From Acidobacteriota bacterium (lineage in GTDB: Bacteria > Acidobacteriota > UBA6911 > RPQK01 > JAJDTT01), in contig OY764083.1 in NCBI GenBank assembly GCA_963668095.1, forward strand, positions 738,322 to 802,321: a DNA stretch of 64,000 nucleotides, written 5' to 3'. Numbering within the stretch: the first letter of the stretch is position 1; the number at the start of each line of letters is the position of its first letter. The notes beneath the pieces were generated by a model, which did not search any database, was not told the DNA's origin, and saw nothing but the letters and a program-made list of their open reading frames with translations. Made by a program: the position numbers and the translations under genes. Below are positions 28,204 to 37,891 of this stretch, piece after piece.

Positions 28204-29289
28204 ATGTTCGATCAAGATTGGATGGCTCCGATAGACACGCTGATTCAGAGCTTGACCGAACTGTCGGTCGAGCGAATCTCGTGGGCGCTGCTGATCGCGT
28301 CGATCGGACTCCTGTCGGGCCGTCTCGTCGACAAGGTGGTCACCAAGCTGCTCTACCGGTTGACCCAGCGCACCAAGACCGAGTTGGATGACCTCATCAT
28401 CGAGAAGCTCCACCGTCCCGTCATGCGGAGCACGGTTCTCCTCGGTTTCTACATCGCCCTTAAAGTGTCCGGCCTGCACGACCAGGTGGTGAATCTCCTG
28501 GCTCATTTGATCCAGACCATTGCCGTCCTGATCTGGCTATTCGCCGCGATGCCCCTCGCCGGACTCGTCTTCCGATGGATGAGCCAACATCAGACCCGGT
28601 TTCGAGCGATCCAACCGGCAAGCCTTCCCCTGTTTTCCATCGGAAGCCAGGTCGCGCTCGTCAGCGCCGCCGTCTACGTGGGCATGCTGGCCTGGGAGAT
28701 CGACGTTGCGGCCTGGGTGGCTTCGGCTGGAATCCTGGGCCTCGCCGTCGGTTTCGCCGCGCGCGACACCCTGGCCAACCTCTTCGCGGGCGTCTCCATT
28801 CTTGCCGACGCCCCCTACAAGATCGGCGACTACATCGTGCTCATCGACGGAAACAAACGGGGCATGGTGACGCAGATCGGACTCCGCAGCACCCGCATCC
28901 TGACGCGTGACGACATCGAGATCACGATTCCCAACGCCGCCATCGCCAATTCGACTCTCGTCAACGAGAGCGGTGGGCCAGCCATTCACCAGCGAGTTCG
29001 TCTCCGGGTCGCCGTGGCCTATGGATCGGACGTGGACCAGGTCCGCGACCTGCTCCTGGCCGTAGCGCGTGAGGAACCCATGGTCCGCCCCGAACCGGCG
29101 CCGCGGGTGAGGTTCCGTCAATTCGGAGATTCAGGATTGATCTTCGAGCTACTCTGCTGGATTGCGGAGGCCGAGCTACGAGGCAGGGCTATCGACGCCC
29201 TCCACACCCGGGCCTACAAGGCCCTGGGCGACGCCGGAATCGAGATCCCGTTTCCACAGCAGGACATCCGTATCAAGCCGACGCCCTGA
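28204..29289 (+). CDS. small-conductance mechanosensitive channel (MscS family)
   Basis: Start taken at ATG 28204 (MFDQDWMAPID...); track start 28120. Three TM helices, then the conserved MscS beta-domain region GDYIVLIDGNKRGMVTQIGLRSTRILTRDD. Confidence 0.75.
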   Translation: MFDQDWMAPIDTLIQSLTELSVERISWALLIASIGLLSGRLVDKVVTKLLYRLTQRTKTELDDLIIEKLHRPVMRSTVLLGFYIALKVSGLHDQVVNLLAHLIQTIAVLIWLFAAMPLAGLVFRWMSQHQTRFRAIQPASLPLFSIGSQVALVSAAVYVGMLAWEIDVAAWVASAGILGLAVGFAARDTLANLFAGVSILADAPYKIGDYIVLIDGNKRGMVTQIGLRSTRILTRDDIEITIPNAAIANSTLVNESGGPAIHQRVRLRVAVAYGSDVDQVRDLLLAVAREEPMVRPEPAPRVRFRQFGDSGLIFELLCWIAEAELRGRAIDALHTRAYKALGDAGIEIPFPQQDIRIKPTP

Positions 29290-29374
29290 AGTTCTCCGGG
29301 AAATCGGCATTGCCATCAGAGACCCGCTACGGTTCGGAGCGGAGAGGGCGCCCACTGCAGTCGACGCCTGCAGG

Positions 29375-30418
29375 TCAGATCGAATCGAACTCGGAGAGCT
29401 TGACCGGCCGCCCTTCCCGGGCCGAAAGGTCCGCCGCGAACACCACCTTGTGACTCTCCCACGCCTCTTGGACCCCTGTCAGCGGCATGGCCCGGCCCTC
29501 CCGAACGCTGTCCACGAAGGCCTGGAACTGGGGCTCATAGGGATGGTGGCTCACGTCTCCCGAATCGATCAATTGAGTCTCCAAAGTACTCCACACCTCC
29601 TTGCTCAAACCCTTGAGTTTCGCGCTGTAGATCCGGTTGTCCAGAAGGCTTCCTTCACTCCCCACCAGGTGGATATGGAAGTAGTAGGGCTGGAGACAAT
29701 CCACCACCGAGGCGACCTTGCCCAACCGGCCGTCCTCGAATCTGAGGAGGGTGACACTGGTGGTGTCGTATTCGTAAGGAGAAAAGATCGAGTTGGAGGA
29801 GCGAGTCCCGTGGGAAACCACCTCCTCGACCCGGCCCCCCATGAACATCAGCAGCCCGTCCAGGGCGTGGCAGCCGGCCGTCAGCAGGCTGCTTCCCGCG
29901 TAACTCTTCTTGACGTTCCACTCGAATTGGCCGTACCAGGGTCCGATCCCGTGGTAGTAGTCCACTTCCCCGTAGTGGACGCGGCCCAGGAGACCCTCCG
30001 ACAGACAGGACTGAATCATGGTGAAGTGCTCGCTGAAACGGCATTCGAAGCAGACGCAGACCCCGACGCCGGCGTCTTCGATGGCTCGCTTCATGGCGGC
30101 AAGATCCTCGACCGTCAGGCAGAGGGGTTTTTCGATGATGAGGTGCTTGCCGGCCTCGGCTGCCGCAATGGACTGTTCGGCGTGCAGATGGTGCGGAGTG
30201 CAAATATCCACGACGTCGATTTCAGGATCGGCCAACATCTCCTCGTAGCTGCCGTAGACCTTCAGCGGGACACCATAGGTGGCCTCCAATTCCGACTCAT
30301 CCAGCCGGCGCCTGGAGGAGACGCCGCTGACACGCGCGCCCGAGACGGTCTTGAAGGTTTCGATGTGGGCTCCCGCGACCCATCCCAGTCCCACGATTCC
30401 GACGTTCAATTCGCTCAT
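29375..30418 (-). CDS. Gfo/Idh/MocA-family NAD(P)-dependent oxidoreductase
   Basis: Real start [22 protein letters not shown] (Rossmann GxGxxG). The EKP catalytic motif appears as [11 protein letters not shown]. The track ORF begins upstream with a non-ATG codon. Confidence 0.75.
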   Translation of the reverse strand: MSELNVGIVGLGWVAGAHIETFKTVSGARVSGVSSRRRLDESELEATYGVPLKVYGSYEEMLADPEIDVVDICTPHHLHAEQSIAAAEAGKHLIIEKPLCLTVEDLAAMKRAIEDAGVGVCVCFECRFSEHFTMIQSCLSEGLLGRVHYGEVDYYHGIGPWYGQFEWNVKKSYAGSSLLTAGCHALDGLLMFMGGRVEEVVSHGTRSSNSIFSPYEYDTTSVTLLRFEDGRLGKVASVVDCLQPYYFHIHLVGSEGSLLDNRIYSAKLKGLSKEVWSTLETQLIDSGDVSHHPYEPQFQAFVDSVREGRAMPLTGVQEAWESHKVVFAADLSAREGRPVKLSEFDSI

Positions 30419-30613
30419 TTTCACTCCCTCCTGGTCTGATGGGATCGAATCCGCTCCAGTGACGCCTGCTCCATTGAAGTCCCGTGCCTCAGGGTGCAAG
30501 AGATTGGACGATATCTGCTATATTTGGACCTTAAACCGAAAAATACAACCGGATAGCGTTGTAAAAGACTCCCCGATAGCGGAACTGTGGAGACGCCGAA
30601 GCCCACCCTTCAG

Positions 30614-31369
30614 ATGACGACACCGGGAATCGTTAGCCGGAACATCCCACGCTCCGAAAGCCGGTCAGCCGGGATCGGACTCCTTCCGATCTTGGGACTG
30701 CTCGCTGGGTTGACCGCCCTGACACTCGCCGGCCTCTACCTCAAAGACCGTTTCGAGACACTGGAGGAGCGGATTTCCGTGAATCGGGAGTACCTTCACG
30801 CCGAGCGGGAGGAATTGAAACGCCTCAGTTCGCGGTTGCTGGGCCTCAGCGGCGACTCCCAGCGATTGGAGGGGGAGCTGGAAAAGGAGGACCAGAAGCT
30901 TCGGAACGCCGTCAGGTCCAGTTTTCAGCAGGCTCGGAAGAGAATCGAGGAGAGCCGCGGGGACATCGAGAAGCTGAGTGCTGCCCTGGGGGATCTGGCC
31001 GACACGCTGGAACAACTGAATCAAAGCCACCAGGATGCCGTGGCGCAGTCCCAGACTCGGTACGCGGAAACCGAGAAGAAAACAGAGTCCAACCGAGCAG
31101 CGGTCAGGACCGTCAGGACCAATGTGGAGCAGATCCAGGGCCGGTTGCGAACCCACCTCGAACGGCTGAACCGGCTGGGCAAGACGCTGGAGGGTCTGAC
31201 CGCTCAACTGCAGTCCGTGGAGAAGTCCGGCAAAAACACACTGGTGTCGTTGGAATCCAATCTGCAGGCCCTGTCGGAACGGGTCAGTCTGGCCCTGAAC
31301 GACTTCCGGGTTCGCCTGGACGACCTTTCCGCCAAATTGGACCGGTTGGGCGGCCAGGAGGTCTTTTAG
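30614..31369 (+). CDS. membrane-anchored coiled-coil protein of unknown function
   Basis: First ATG at 30614 (track start 30587 is GTG). One TM helix (IGLLPILGLLAGLTALTLAGLYL) followed by about 200 aa of heptad-rich sequence (LEERISVNREYLHAEREELKRLSS...). Confidence 0.45.
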   Translation: MTTPGIVSRNIPRSESRSAGIGLLPILGLLAGLTALTLAGLYLKDRFETLEERISVNREYLHAEREELKRLSSRLLGLSGDSQRLEGELEKEDQKLRNAVRSSFQQARKRIEESRGDIEKLSAALGDLADTLEQLNQSHQDAVAQSQTRYAETEKKTESNRAAVRTVRTNVEQIQGRLRTHLERLNRLGKTLEGLTAQLQSVEKSGKNTLVSLESNLQALSERVSLALNDFRVRLDDLSAKLDRLGGQEVF

Positions 31370-31398
31370 GACGGTTCGCCCGCCGATTTCGCCGCCTC

Positions 31399-32541
31399 TC
31401 AATCAATCGACACCCACTCCAGATCCTGGGCGGAACGGAGAACCGCTTCCTGGGTTTTCTGGGTGGCCAGCGCCTCCCGGAAGCTGGGGTGAGTCCCCTC
31501 TCCCGATTCCAATCCCTTCAAGAAATCGGCCAAGGCGTTGATGAAGGTGTGCTCGTAGCCGATCACGCATCCCGGAACCCACCAGTTTTTCATGTAGGGG
31601 TGTTCGGAAGCCGTCACCAGGATGGTGCGCCAACCCTGGAGGTGGGACGGGTCGTCGTGATTGAAGTACTGGAGCTGGTGCATGTTCTCCAGGTCAAAGT
31701 AGATCGACCCATTCTCCCCGTTGATCTCGAACGAGTTCTTGTTCTTGCGTCCGCGAGCGTAACGGGTAGCTTCGAAGGTCCCGTTGGACCCGTTGGCAAA
31801 GCGGGCCATGAAGGTGCAGACATCGTCGATCTCCACGGCCTTCCGCTCCGTCCGGCTTCCCTGCACCGGGCGCTCCTTGACGAAGATCTCCGTCATTCCG
31901 GAGACCGATTCGATGGAACCGTTGAGCCAGATCGCGGTGTCGATGCTGTGGCTCGCCAGATCTCCCGAGACGCCGGCCCCGGCGACTTCCTTCTCCAGGC
32001 GCCAGAGCGTGGGACCACCCAGCGGGACGTCCGCCGAAATGGTCCAGTCCTGTAGGTAGGTGGACCGGTAGTGGAAAATCCGGCCCAAGCGGCCCTCGTC
32101 GATCATCTGCCGGGCCAAGCTGATGGCCGGAACCCGGCGATAGTTGAACCAGACCATGTTGGCGACCCCCGCCGCCTCCACGGCCTCCGCCATCTCCACG
32201 GCCTCCGCCACATCGATGGCCAGCGGTTTCTCGCACAGAACCATCTTTCCCCGGCTCGCGGCGGCCAGGGCGATCTCATGGTGGGTGTTGTTGGGACTGC
32301 AGATGTCGATGACGTCGATGTCGTCCCGATCCACCAGGCGCCGCCAGTCCGTCTCCGTCGATTCCCAGCCCCAATTGCGGGCGAACGGCTCCAACTTGTC
32401 CGAGTTCCGGGCCGCCACCGCCTTGAGAACCGGGGCATGGGCCAGATCGAAAAACTGGCTGACCTTTCGGTAAGCGTTGGAGTGGGCTCGACCCATGAAG
32501 CCGTAGCCGATCATTCCTACGTTCAAAGTCTTTCTTGCCAT
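31399..32541 (-). CDS. Gfo/Idh/MocA-family oxidoreductase (inositol 2-dehydrogenase-like)
   Basis: 380 aa, ATG verified at 32541. [24 protein letters not shown] Rossmann motif. MVLCEKPLA catalytic EKP motif. Confidence 0.8.
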   Translation of the reverse strand: MARKTLNVGMIGYGFMGRAHSNAYRKVSQFFDLAHAPVLKAVAARNSDKLEPFARNWGWESTETDWRRLVDRDDIDVIDICSPNNTHHEIALAAASRGKMVLCEKPLAIDVAEAVEMAEAVEAAGVANMVWFNYRRVPAISLARQMIDEGRLGRIFHYRSTYLQDWTISADVPLGGPTLWRLEKEVAGAGVSGDLASHSIDTAIWLNGSIESVSGMTEIFVKERPVQGSRTERKAVEIDDVCTFMARFANGSNGTFEATRYARGRKNKNSFEINGENGSIYFDLENMHQLQYFNHDDPSHLQGWRTILVTASEHPYMKNWWVPGCVIGYEHTFINALADFLKGLESGEGTHPSFREALATQKTQEAVLRSAQDLEWVSID

Positions 32542-32741
32542 GAAATGTCTCCGGATCTGCCGAGGCCGGCTCGCTCATCCCACCGACTTGACGAGCCGAT
32601 GTCCTCAATCTGTGATGTAGAGAGAGTACGCCCGCACCGATCCAGGCCGCAAGCCCGTGGCGGGTGGCGGCACGGCTACGACGGGTGGGATAATCGGAAC
32701 GGATAATCGGGACTGTCACCAGCATGGGAGGTGTCGCGGAC

Positions 32742-33581
32742 ATGCGTGTGGGATTGAATCTGCTCCTCTGGACCACCGAAGTCGGACCGTCCCACCGGAA
32801 CCTGCTTAGACAGATCCGCGACTGGGGATTCGATGGCGTCGAGATCCCTATTTTTTCGCCCCATCCGGGTCGAGCCCGGGACCTGGGCCTGCTTCTGGAC
32901 GATCTCGGACTGGAGCGCACCGCCGTCACCGTAGTCCCGCCAGAGGCCAATCCCATTCACCCTGATCCGTCCGTCCGGACCAAGGCCCAGGAGTACTTGA
33001 AAGCCGTGGTGGAAGCCTGCCATCTGGCCGGGATCCGCCTCCTTGCAGGCCCGATGCACTCTCCTGTCGGTCTTTTGGCGGGCCGGAGCCGGACCCGGGA
33101 GGAATGGAGTTGGGCTCTGGAAATACTGCAACAGACGGCGGACCTGGCCCGATCCGCCCGGATCACGCTGGCGCTGGAATTCCTGAACCGGTTCGAGTCC
33201 TATTTTCTGAACTGCGCCGAAGACACCGTCGAGTTCACGTCTCAGGCCGATCGTCCCAACCTGGGAATTCTCTACGACACCTACCACGCCCATCTGGAGG
33301 AAAAAAACGTCCGCGCGGCGATTCACACCTGTGCGGGCGCCCTTCGCCACGTCCACATCAGCGAGAACGACCGAGCGACCCCCGGCGAGGGTCAGGTCCG
33401 CTGGCAGGAGACCTTCGACACTCTCAAGGACGTTGGATATGCGGACTGGCTGGTCATCGAGGCCTTCGGACAGACAATGCCTGAGTTGGCCGCCGCCACC
33501 TGCATCTGGCGCCGCATGTTCCCATCAGAGGAGCACCTGGCACGGAACGGACTGGATTGGATCCGCTCCAACTGGGAGTGA
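32742..33581 (+). CDS. sugar phosphate isomerase/epimerase (xylose-isomerase-like TIM barrel)
   Basis: ATG 32742 with GGAGG about 10 nt upstream (an alternative ATG at 32724). MRVGLNLLLW...FDGVEIPIF...ALEFLNRFESYFLN...HVHISEND typical of AP-endonuclease-2/xylose-isomerase-like TIM barrels. Confidence 0.75.
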   Translation: MRVGLNLLLWTTEVGPSHRNLLRQIRDWGFDGVEIPIFSPHPGRARDLGLLLDDLGLERTAVTVVPPEANPIHPDPSVRTKAQEYLKAVVEACHLAGIRLLAGPMHSPVGLLAGRSRTREEWSWALEILQQTADLARSARITLALEFLNRFESYFLNCAEDTVEFTSQADRPNLGILYDTYHAHLEEKNVRAAIHTCAGALRHVHISENDRATPGEGQVRWQETFDTLKDVGYADWLVIEAFGQTMPELAAATCIWRRMFPSEEHLARNGLDWIRSNWE

Positions 33582-33624
33582 CTTCCGTCTGAAAAACGTT
33601 GGAATACCCCTCCGAAAAAGGCGT

Positions 33625-33745
33625 CCCCCAAAAAGGGACAGTCTGTTTTTCCGTGTGTTTTTCCGTGGGCCGCCCGGCCTACGCGTAGCGCGGGAAAAAA
33701 GGCGCGTAGCGCGGGAAAAAAGGGGACAGTCGTTTTTTCCGCAGA
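33625..33745. repeat. intergenic repeat cluster: two A/T-stem hairpins with GGGACAGTC loops flanking a 2x21-bp tandem (cgcgtagcgcgggaaaaaagg)
   Basis: Seen directly: ccaaaaaGGGACAGTCtgtttttcc (about 33630-33653), tandem cgcgtagcgcgggaaaaaagg x2 (about 33682-33723), then ggaaaaaaGGGGACAGTCgttttttcc (about 33715-33742). Confidence 0.7.
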
Positions 33746-34289
33746 CCTATTTTGCGACCTGCCCCGGATGTCCCAAGATTGTCGGGTGCCACTAAGGGAG
33801 AAGGTGGTCTGGCTCCACCTGCGCAGGAGATATTTTGAGCGACATTGGAGAAGATTCGAAAACAGGATTCCCGGAAAACTCTTCGGGATCTGGACTGAGT
33901 CTCCAATCCAGGCTTCTCATTTTGGTGCTCTGCCTGATTGTGGGAACAGTAGTCCTGCCGGGGAGACGAAACTATCTACGGAACCGCGACCATCGCAATT
34001 TCGGCTTGTAGGAGTCGCCGGCGCCTCGGGGCTTCCCGGAGGCCCAAGTTGGTATGAACCAAGCCGAAATCAGCCGCCTCGAGTTCTCGGCGGATTTCGG
34101 TCTGATCCGCGAAAATTGGATCGCCGTAGACGGTCTCTGGCGGCCTGAAACGAAGGGACGAAAGGTAAAGCATAGGCCCCTGAACGGTGGCCAGGCTCCC
34201 TGTGCGGAGGCGCACGTGTCAGGGAATTCCGTCCGGGTCACATCCTCGGCGCGAACCTCCGCCACTCTTCCTCCCGAAGAATCCGAAGA

Positions 34290-34726
34290 ATCGAGAAAAA
34301 TAGACTGTCCCCTTTTTCTGTCCCGGGTTGTCGGCAGCATTCCCACGACCGAAATATATCTGCATCCGGAGAAGCTCTGGACCGTCACGCTGGCAGATTG
34401 ACCGGGTGCAATCACGGGTGGGTCCCCGAGACCGAGGGCCACGCCAGCATCGTAAACTTCCATCATGCCCATTGCCGCCTCCATCGGCGGCGCGGGATTC
34501 CCTCCTCCGCGAGCGTAGCCAATTCCATGCTTGCGGGCTGGCCGACCGAGAATAGGGAGGTGGACGAGTCGTGGACCACAACCAATGGAGGAGTGATCAA
34601 CTGTCCCCGGGTCAGGTTGTGAATCGTAACTTCGTAGGTGGCCTGAGTCAGGCTGGAGGTGCCGGACGCCAAACCGAATAGCGCCGTAACCCAAACCAAG
34701 ACAATTGATCTTAGCATTCTTCTCAT
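34290..34726 (-). pseudogene. spondin_N-like secreted protein gene, frameshifted and interrupted (pseudogene)
   Basis: Frame A from ATG 34726 reads MRRMLRSIVLVWVTALFGLASGTSSLTQATYEVTIHNLTRGQLITPPLVVVHDSSTSLFSVGQPASMELATLAEEG, then hits a stop 11 codons later. The domain continues in a different frame from about 34498 (NPAPPMEAAMGMMEVYDAGVALGLGDPPVIAPGQSASVTVQSFSGCRYISVVGMLPTTRD) and runs into the hairpin repeat at about 34294-34319. The low-GC 5' end is conspicuous. Confidence 0.5.
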
Positions 34727-34821
34727 TCGACTCTCCTTTCCAATTATTGCGGATTACATACGAGAATTCAGGGCTGGTGCGCACTCGAACACCCAAAGCA
34801 ACGATTCAGAAAGGGACAGTC

Positions 34822-34905
34822 TCGATCCCCGGAACGCGATCCCCGGAACGGAACGGGAACGGAACGGAACGCGATCCCCGGAACGGAACGGGAACGGAAC
34901 GGAAC
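34822..34905. repeat. tandem repeat: 35-bp unit (cgatccccggaacggaacgggaacggaacggaacg) x2 plus partial copy, itself built of GGAACG hexamers; immediately preceded by a GGGACAGTC core
   Basis: Seen directly at about 34812-34912. Confidence 0.8.
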
Positions 34906-35086
34906 GCCTTATAAGACTAGAGCATCCCGCCCGGCATCAGAGCAGTGGACCTTTGGCAAATGGAAGCACGTCCGGCGGACCTTCCGCATATTGGGAGGAC
35001 AATTCAGTCTATTGGACGAGACACGTGCTCTGGGTCGTTCGGTGCCGCGGGGGCAGAATCGACGGACGGACGGAGATCAGGCGAGT

Positions 35087-36022
35087 CTACGGGACGAAGG
35101 CGTGCGAGCGTTGCTCCCGCAGGGAAAACATCACTCCGCCCAGTTGGGGGATGGGGTGTCGGCGACGTCGATATCGACCTTGCTTTCGATACGTCTCCAG
35201 CAGCTGCGCCACCTTCTCTGCCGGCCCGACGGCCAATCCGTCCGTCAGAAACCGCAGACGCCGGCGAAAGGCTCCGGCACAGGTAAATCCACGGCGCTCC
35301 TCCTGATCGAGGATCCACTGGGGGATCGCCGCCTGGTTCTCCCGGGTGGGGACAGCTCCTCGATAGTACAACCGGGACCGGTAACTGCTGTACACGTCCG
35401 TTCCGGGATCCGAGGGGAACAGCTCCTCCAGCGGAATCAGGCTTTGATTCTCGCCGGTGAGTCTCCAGCGGGCCGAGCCCCACTTCCATTGCTCGGGCCG
35501 CTTGACCAGTCCGGCCCGGACGGCGTTGAGTTCCACGTATAGAATCGCGTCTTGGACCGCTTCGGTTCCCAAGAGTTCCGGGTTCTTGAAACGTTCACTC
35601 CAAAAATGCCCTCGCCGTCGAAACTGGCGGTTGTACCACCGGGCATACTGCCCGTCCACGTTCTGCATTAGTTTCGAAACGTCAAAGAGACGCTGGTTGA
35701 ACGCCTCCCACTCGACGACGGTCCAATCGGCGGTTGTCTTCTCTGCCTTTTGCCCATAAAGCTTGTGGGCGATGTCCTCCAACTCCTCGCGGGACAAGGA
35801 GCGAGGCTTCTCAAAATGGACGACGAAGTGGAAGTGATTGCCCATGATCTGAAATGCGGCCAGACGACACCGGTAGACACTGACGTAGAACAACATCAGG
35901 TTCAGGAGTTTGCGACGGGCTTCGTGGTCTTCAAAGGGGAACCAATCGGTCCAGCCGGTGACTCGATTGGTGAGGTGATAGAAGGCGGCTTCTGAACTCT
36001 TGTGTCGCGCGGTTCGGGGCAT
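35087..36022 (-). CDS. REP-associated tyrosine transposase / IS200-like Y1 HuH transposase (TnpA_REP, long form)
   Basis: 311 aa from ATG 36022 (track start 36028 GTG). HuH motif IMGNHFHFVVHF. Conserved YARWYNRQFRRRGHFWSERFKNPEL block. Catalytic-Tyr block AILYVELNAVRAGLVKRPEQWKWGS. N-terminal AAFYHLTNRV. This matches the RAYT/PF01797 pattern. Confidence 0.7.
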   Translation of the reverse strand: MPRTARHKSSEAAFYHLTNRVTGWTDWFPFEDHEARRKLLNLMLFYVSVYRCRLAAFQIMGNHFHFVVHFEKPRSLSREELEDIAHKLYGQKAEKTTADWTVVEWEAFNQRLFDVSKLMQNVDGQYARWYNRQFRRRGHFWSERFKNPELLGTEAVQDAILYVELNAVRAGLVKRPEQWKWGSARWRLTGENQSLIPLEELFPSDPGTDVYSSYRSRLYYRGAVPTRENQAAIPQWILDQEERRGFTCAGAFRRRLRFLTDGLAVGPAEKVAQLLETYRKQGRYRRRRHPIPQLGGVMFSLREQRSHAFVP

Positions 36023-36243
36023 GAGCACGGTCTTCGGTGAATCGGACTCGCGAGGGAGTCGGTTCGCACCTCTGATGACAACAACGACTCAGAACCAAGA
36101 AAGGCGAAGGAACCTCACGAAAACCAGCACACCTCCCGTCTCTGAATGAAACCGAAGAAACGAGAAAAATAGACTGTCCCCTCTTTTCTGGGCGCGGAAT
36201 TCGACCTGGACGCCCTCCACTCCCATCTCCACCCGGATTCCGC

Positions 36244-37002
36244 TTAACCGTCCCGAAAACGATCGGCCGTGTCCTGTGGCTCGTATCCCAGGTCCCTCCG
36301 GGCGTTGTCCAGTGACCGGTAGTTCCACTTGTTGTCGGAGACCACGTAGTAGATCCCGAACTTCAGATCCTCAGGCGCATCGATACAGCGGCGGATCATC
36401 TGGGCGATGTCCGCGTGACTGCACCAGACCGAAAAATCCCGAACCTCGTTGGGCCGGTCGTTCCAATGAACCCGGCCGATACGGAGGCAGATCATGGACA
36501 GGCCCCACTGATCAGAGAAGAAGCGGCCCAATGTTTCGCCGAACGCCTTGCTGCAACCGTAGAGGCCGTTGGAGCGAATCAGAGACGTGTCCAGCAAGTC
36601 CCAGCCGGCCACTTCTTCGTAACGTCCCTCGACCAGGGCATCGTAGGGCGGATGCCGTTCCCACTCACTGACGGCGGCTCCGCTACTGGCGAAAATGACC
36701 CTCTCGACCCCCGCCGTCCGGGCCGCCTCGAACACGTTGTAGGTTCCGATGATATTGTGCGGGAGGATGTCCTCCCAGGTGGGGTCCCCCTGAGCCATGG
36801 CGGCCAGGTGGACGACGGTCTCCACTCCCTCGAATGCCGGCCGGATGGTCTCCAAATCGGCAATGTCCGCCTGCAGGCACGGAAGGCCTTCCACCGGGCG
36901 CCGGTTCAAGGCGCTCAGCTCGTACGCATCTCCCAGTTCCCGCCGGCAAATCTGCCCGATGAGTCCGCTCATGCCCGTGATCAATACTCTTTTCTTGGCC
37001 AT
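36244..37002 (-). CDS. NAD-dependent epimerase/dehydratase-family protein (extended SDR)
   Basis: 252 aa, ATG verified at 37002. MAKKRVLITGMSGLIGQ Rossmann motif. YGCSK catalytic YxxxK. Confidence 0.75.
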   Translation of the reverse strand: MAKKRVLITGMSGLIGQICRRELGDAYELSALNRRPVEGLPCLQADIADLETIRPAFEGVETVVHLAAMAQGDPTWEDILPHNIIGTYNVFEAARTAGVERVIFASSGAAVSEWERHPPYDALVEGRYEEVAGWDLLDTSLIRSNGLYGCSKAFGETLGRFFSDQWGLSMICLRIGRVHWNDRPNEVRDFSVWCSHADIAQMIRRCIDAPEDLKFGIYYVVSDNKWNYRSLDNARRDLGYEPQDTADRFRDG

Positions 37003-37140
37003 GCGGTGATTCTACCGCAGCTCCTCCCGACTCCGCCTGCCGGGTCTTACCGCCGGTTTTCTTTCCCACTTCCAGCCCCTATGATGGGCTCTCGTCTCGA
37101 CACCCAATTGAATCAGCATCCGACGAACGGGAGCGGCAAC

Positions 37141-37875
37141 ATGTTTCGGAACAAGATCCTCGAGAGAATCAAAAGAGGTGAGAAGGCTCTGGGCCTGTTC
37201 ATGTCGGACCCTTCCGAAGAACTGGTGGAAATGGCCGGGCGTATGGGGCTGGATTTCGTCGGCTTCGACGGTCAGCACTCGCCCCTCGCTCCAGAACGGG
37301 TCGGCACCCTTTGCACCATCGCGGACGGATTCGACGTCACTCCCACAATGCGGGTACCCGATGGGAACGAGAGCACGCTCCTGTCCTACCTGGACCGGGG
37401 AATTCGCAGTATCACCGTGCCCAATATCCAAACCCGGGAAGAAGCCGAAAAACTGGTCAAATACACCTATTTCGCACCTCTGGGTCTGCGCAGTTCCACC
37501 AGCTACCGCATGGTCATGAACCAGGAGGGGAAAGACCGCAACACCCTCTTCCAGGAAGTCAACGCCAACCTGATGATCGTTCCCCAATTAGAGAGCGTGA
37601 CTTCAATCCAGAACTTGGACGAGATCCTTCAGGTGGAGGGGATCGACTATTTGGGAGGCGGCCCCGAAGACATGGCCCAGTCCATGGGAATTCCGGGCCG
37701 GCACGACGATCCGAGGGTGACCCGGATCTACAAGGAGATGGAGCAGAAGGTGCATGCCGCCGGAAAGTTCATGGCGGGAGACTACATCGAGTCGGTGAAC
37801 GTCTTCTGGAACGTCAAGGGCGCATTGGAGCAACTGCTTGAAAGCCACGGCCGCCGATCTCTCATGACCTGGTAG
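37141..37875 (+). CDS. HpcH/HpaI-family 2-keto-3-deoxy-acid aldolase
   Basis: ATG 37141 (MFRNKILERIKRGEKALGLFMSDPSEELVEMAGRMGLDFVGFDGQHSP...). The track ORF 36415..37875 has a spurious N-terminus. Family-typical beta-alpha barrel blocks (MIVPQLESV..., GPEDMAQSMGIPG). Confidence 0.75.
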   Translation: MFRNKILERIKRGEKALGLFMSDPSEELVEMAGRMGLDFVGFDGQHSPLAPERVGTLCTIADGFDVTPTMRVPDGNESTLLSYLDRGIRSITVPNIQTREEAEKLVKYTYFAPLGLRSSTSYRMVMNQEGKDRNTLFQEVNANLMIVPQLESVTSIQNLDEILQVEGIDYLGGGPEDMAQSMGIPGRHDDPRVTRIYKEMEQKVHAAGKFMAGDYIESVNVFWNVKGALEQLLESHGRRSLMTW

Positions 37876-37891
37876 TAAAGACCACCATCCC

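Larger units (their letters stand above)
34271..36190 (-). mobile_element. IS200/IS605-like (RAYT-type) element: Y1 HuH transposase gene bracketed by about 45-bp direct repeats carrying sub-terminal hairpins; also encloses a disrupted spondin-like gene and a tandem repeat
   Basis: Left repeat about 34271-34320 (cctcccgaagaatccgaagaatcgagaaaaatagactgtcccctttttctg). Right repeat about 36152-36190 (accgaagaaacgagaaaaatagactgtcccctcttttctg). Same orientation; each forms an AGAAAAA/TTTTTCT stem with a TAGACTGTCCCC loop. Direct rather than inverted end repeats are the IS200/IS605 architecture. Confidence 0.5.

Noticed and set aside
29300-29370. Rho-independent terminator between convergent mscS and Gfo genes (ctgcagtcgacgcctgcag)
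   Set aside because: The short stem is built from self-palindromic PstI-like hexamers and there is no T-tract. Too weak to call.
33972-34796. 274-aa minus-strand ORF treated as one gene
   Set aside because: It is a composite of frames: only a middle segment matches the spondin-like domain. The real signal-peptide N-terminus is in another frame (34463..34726), and the rest is repeat and non-coding sequence.
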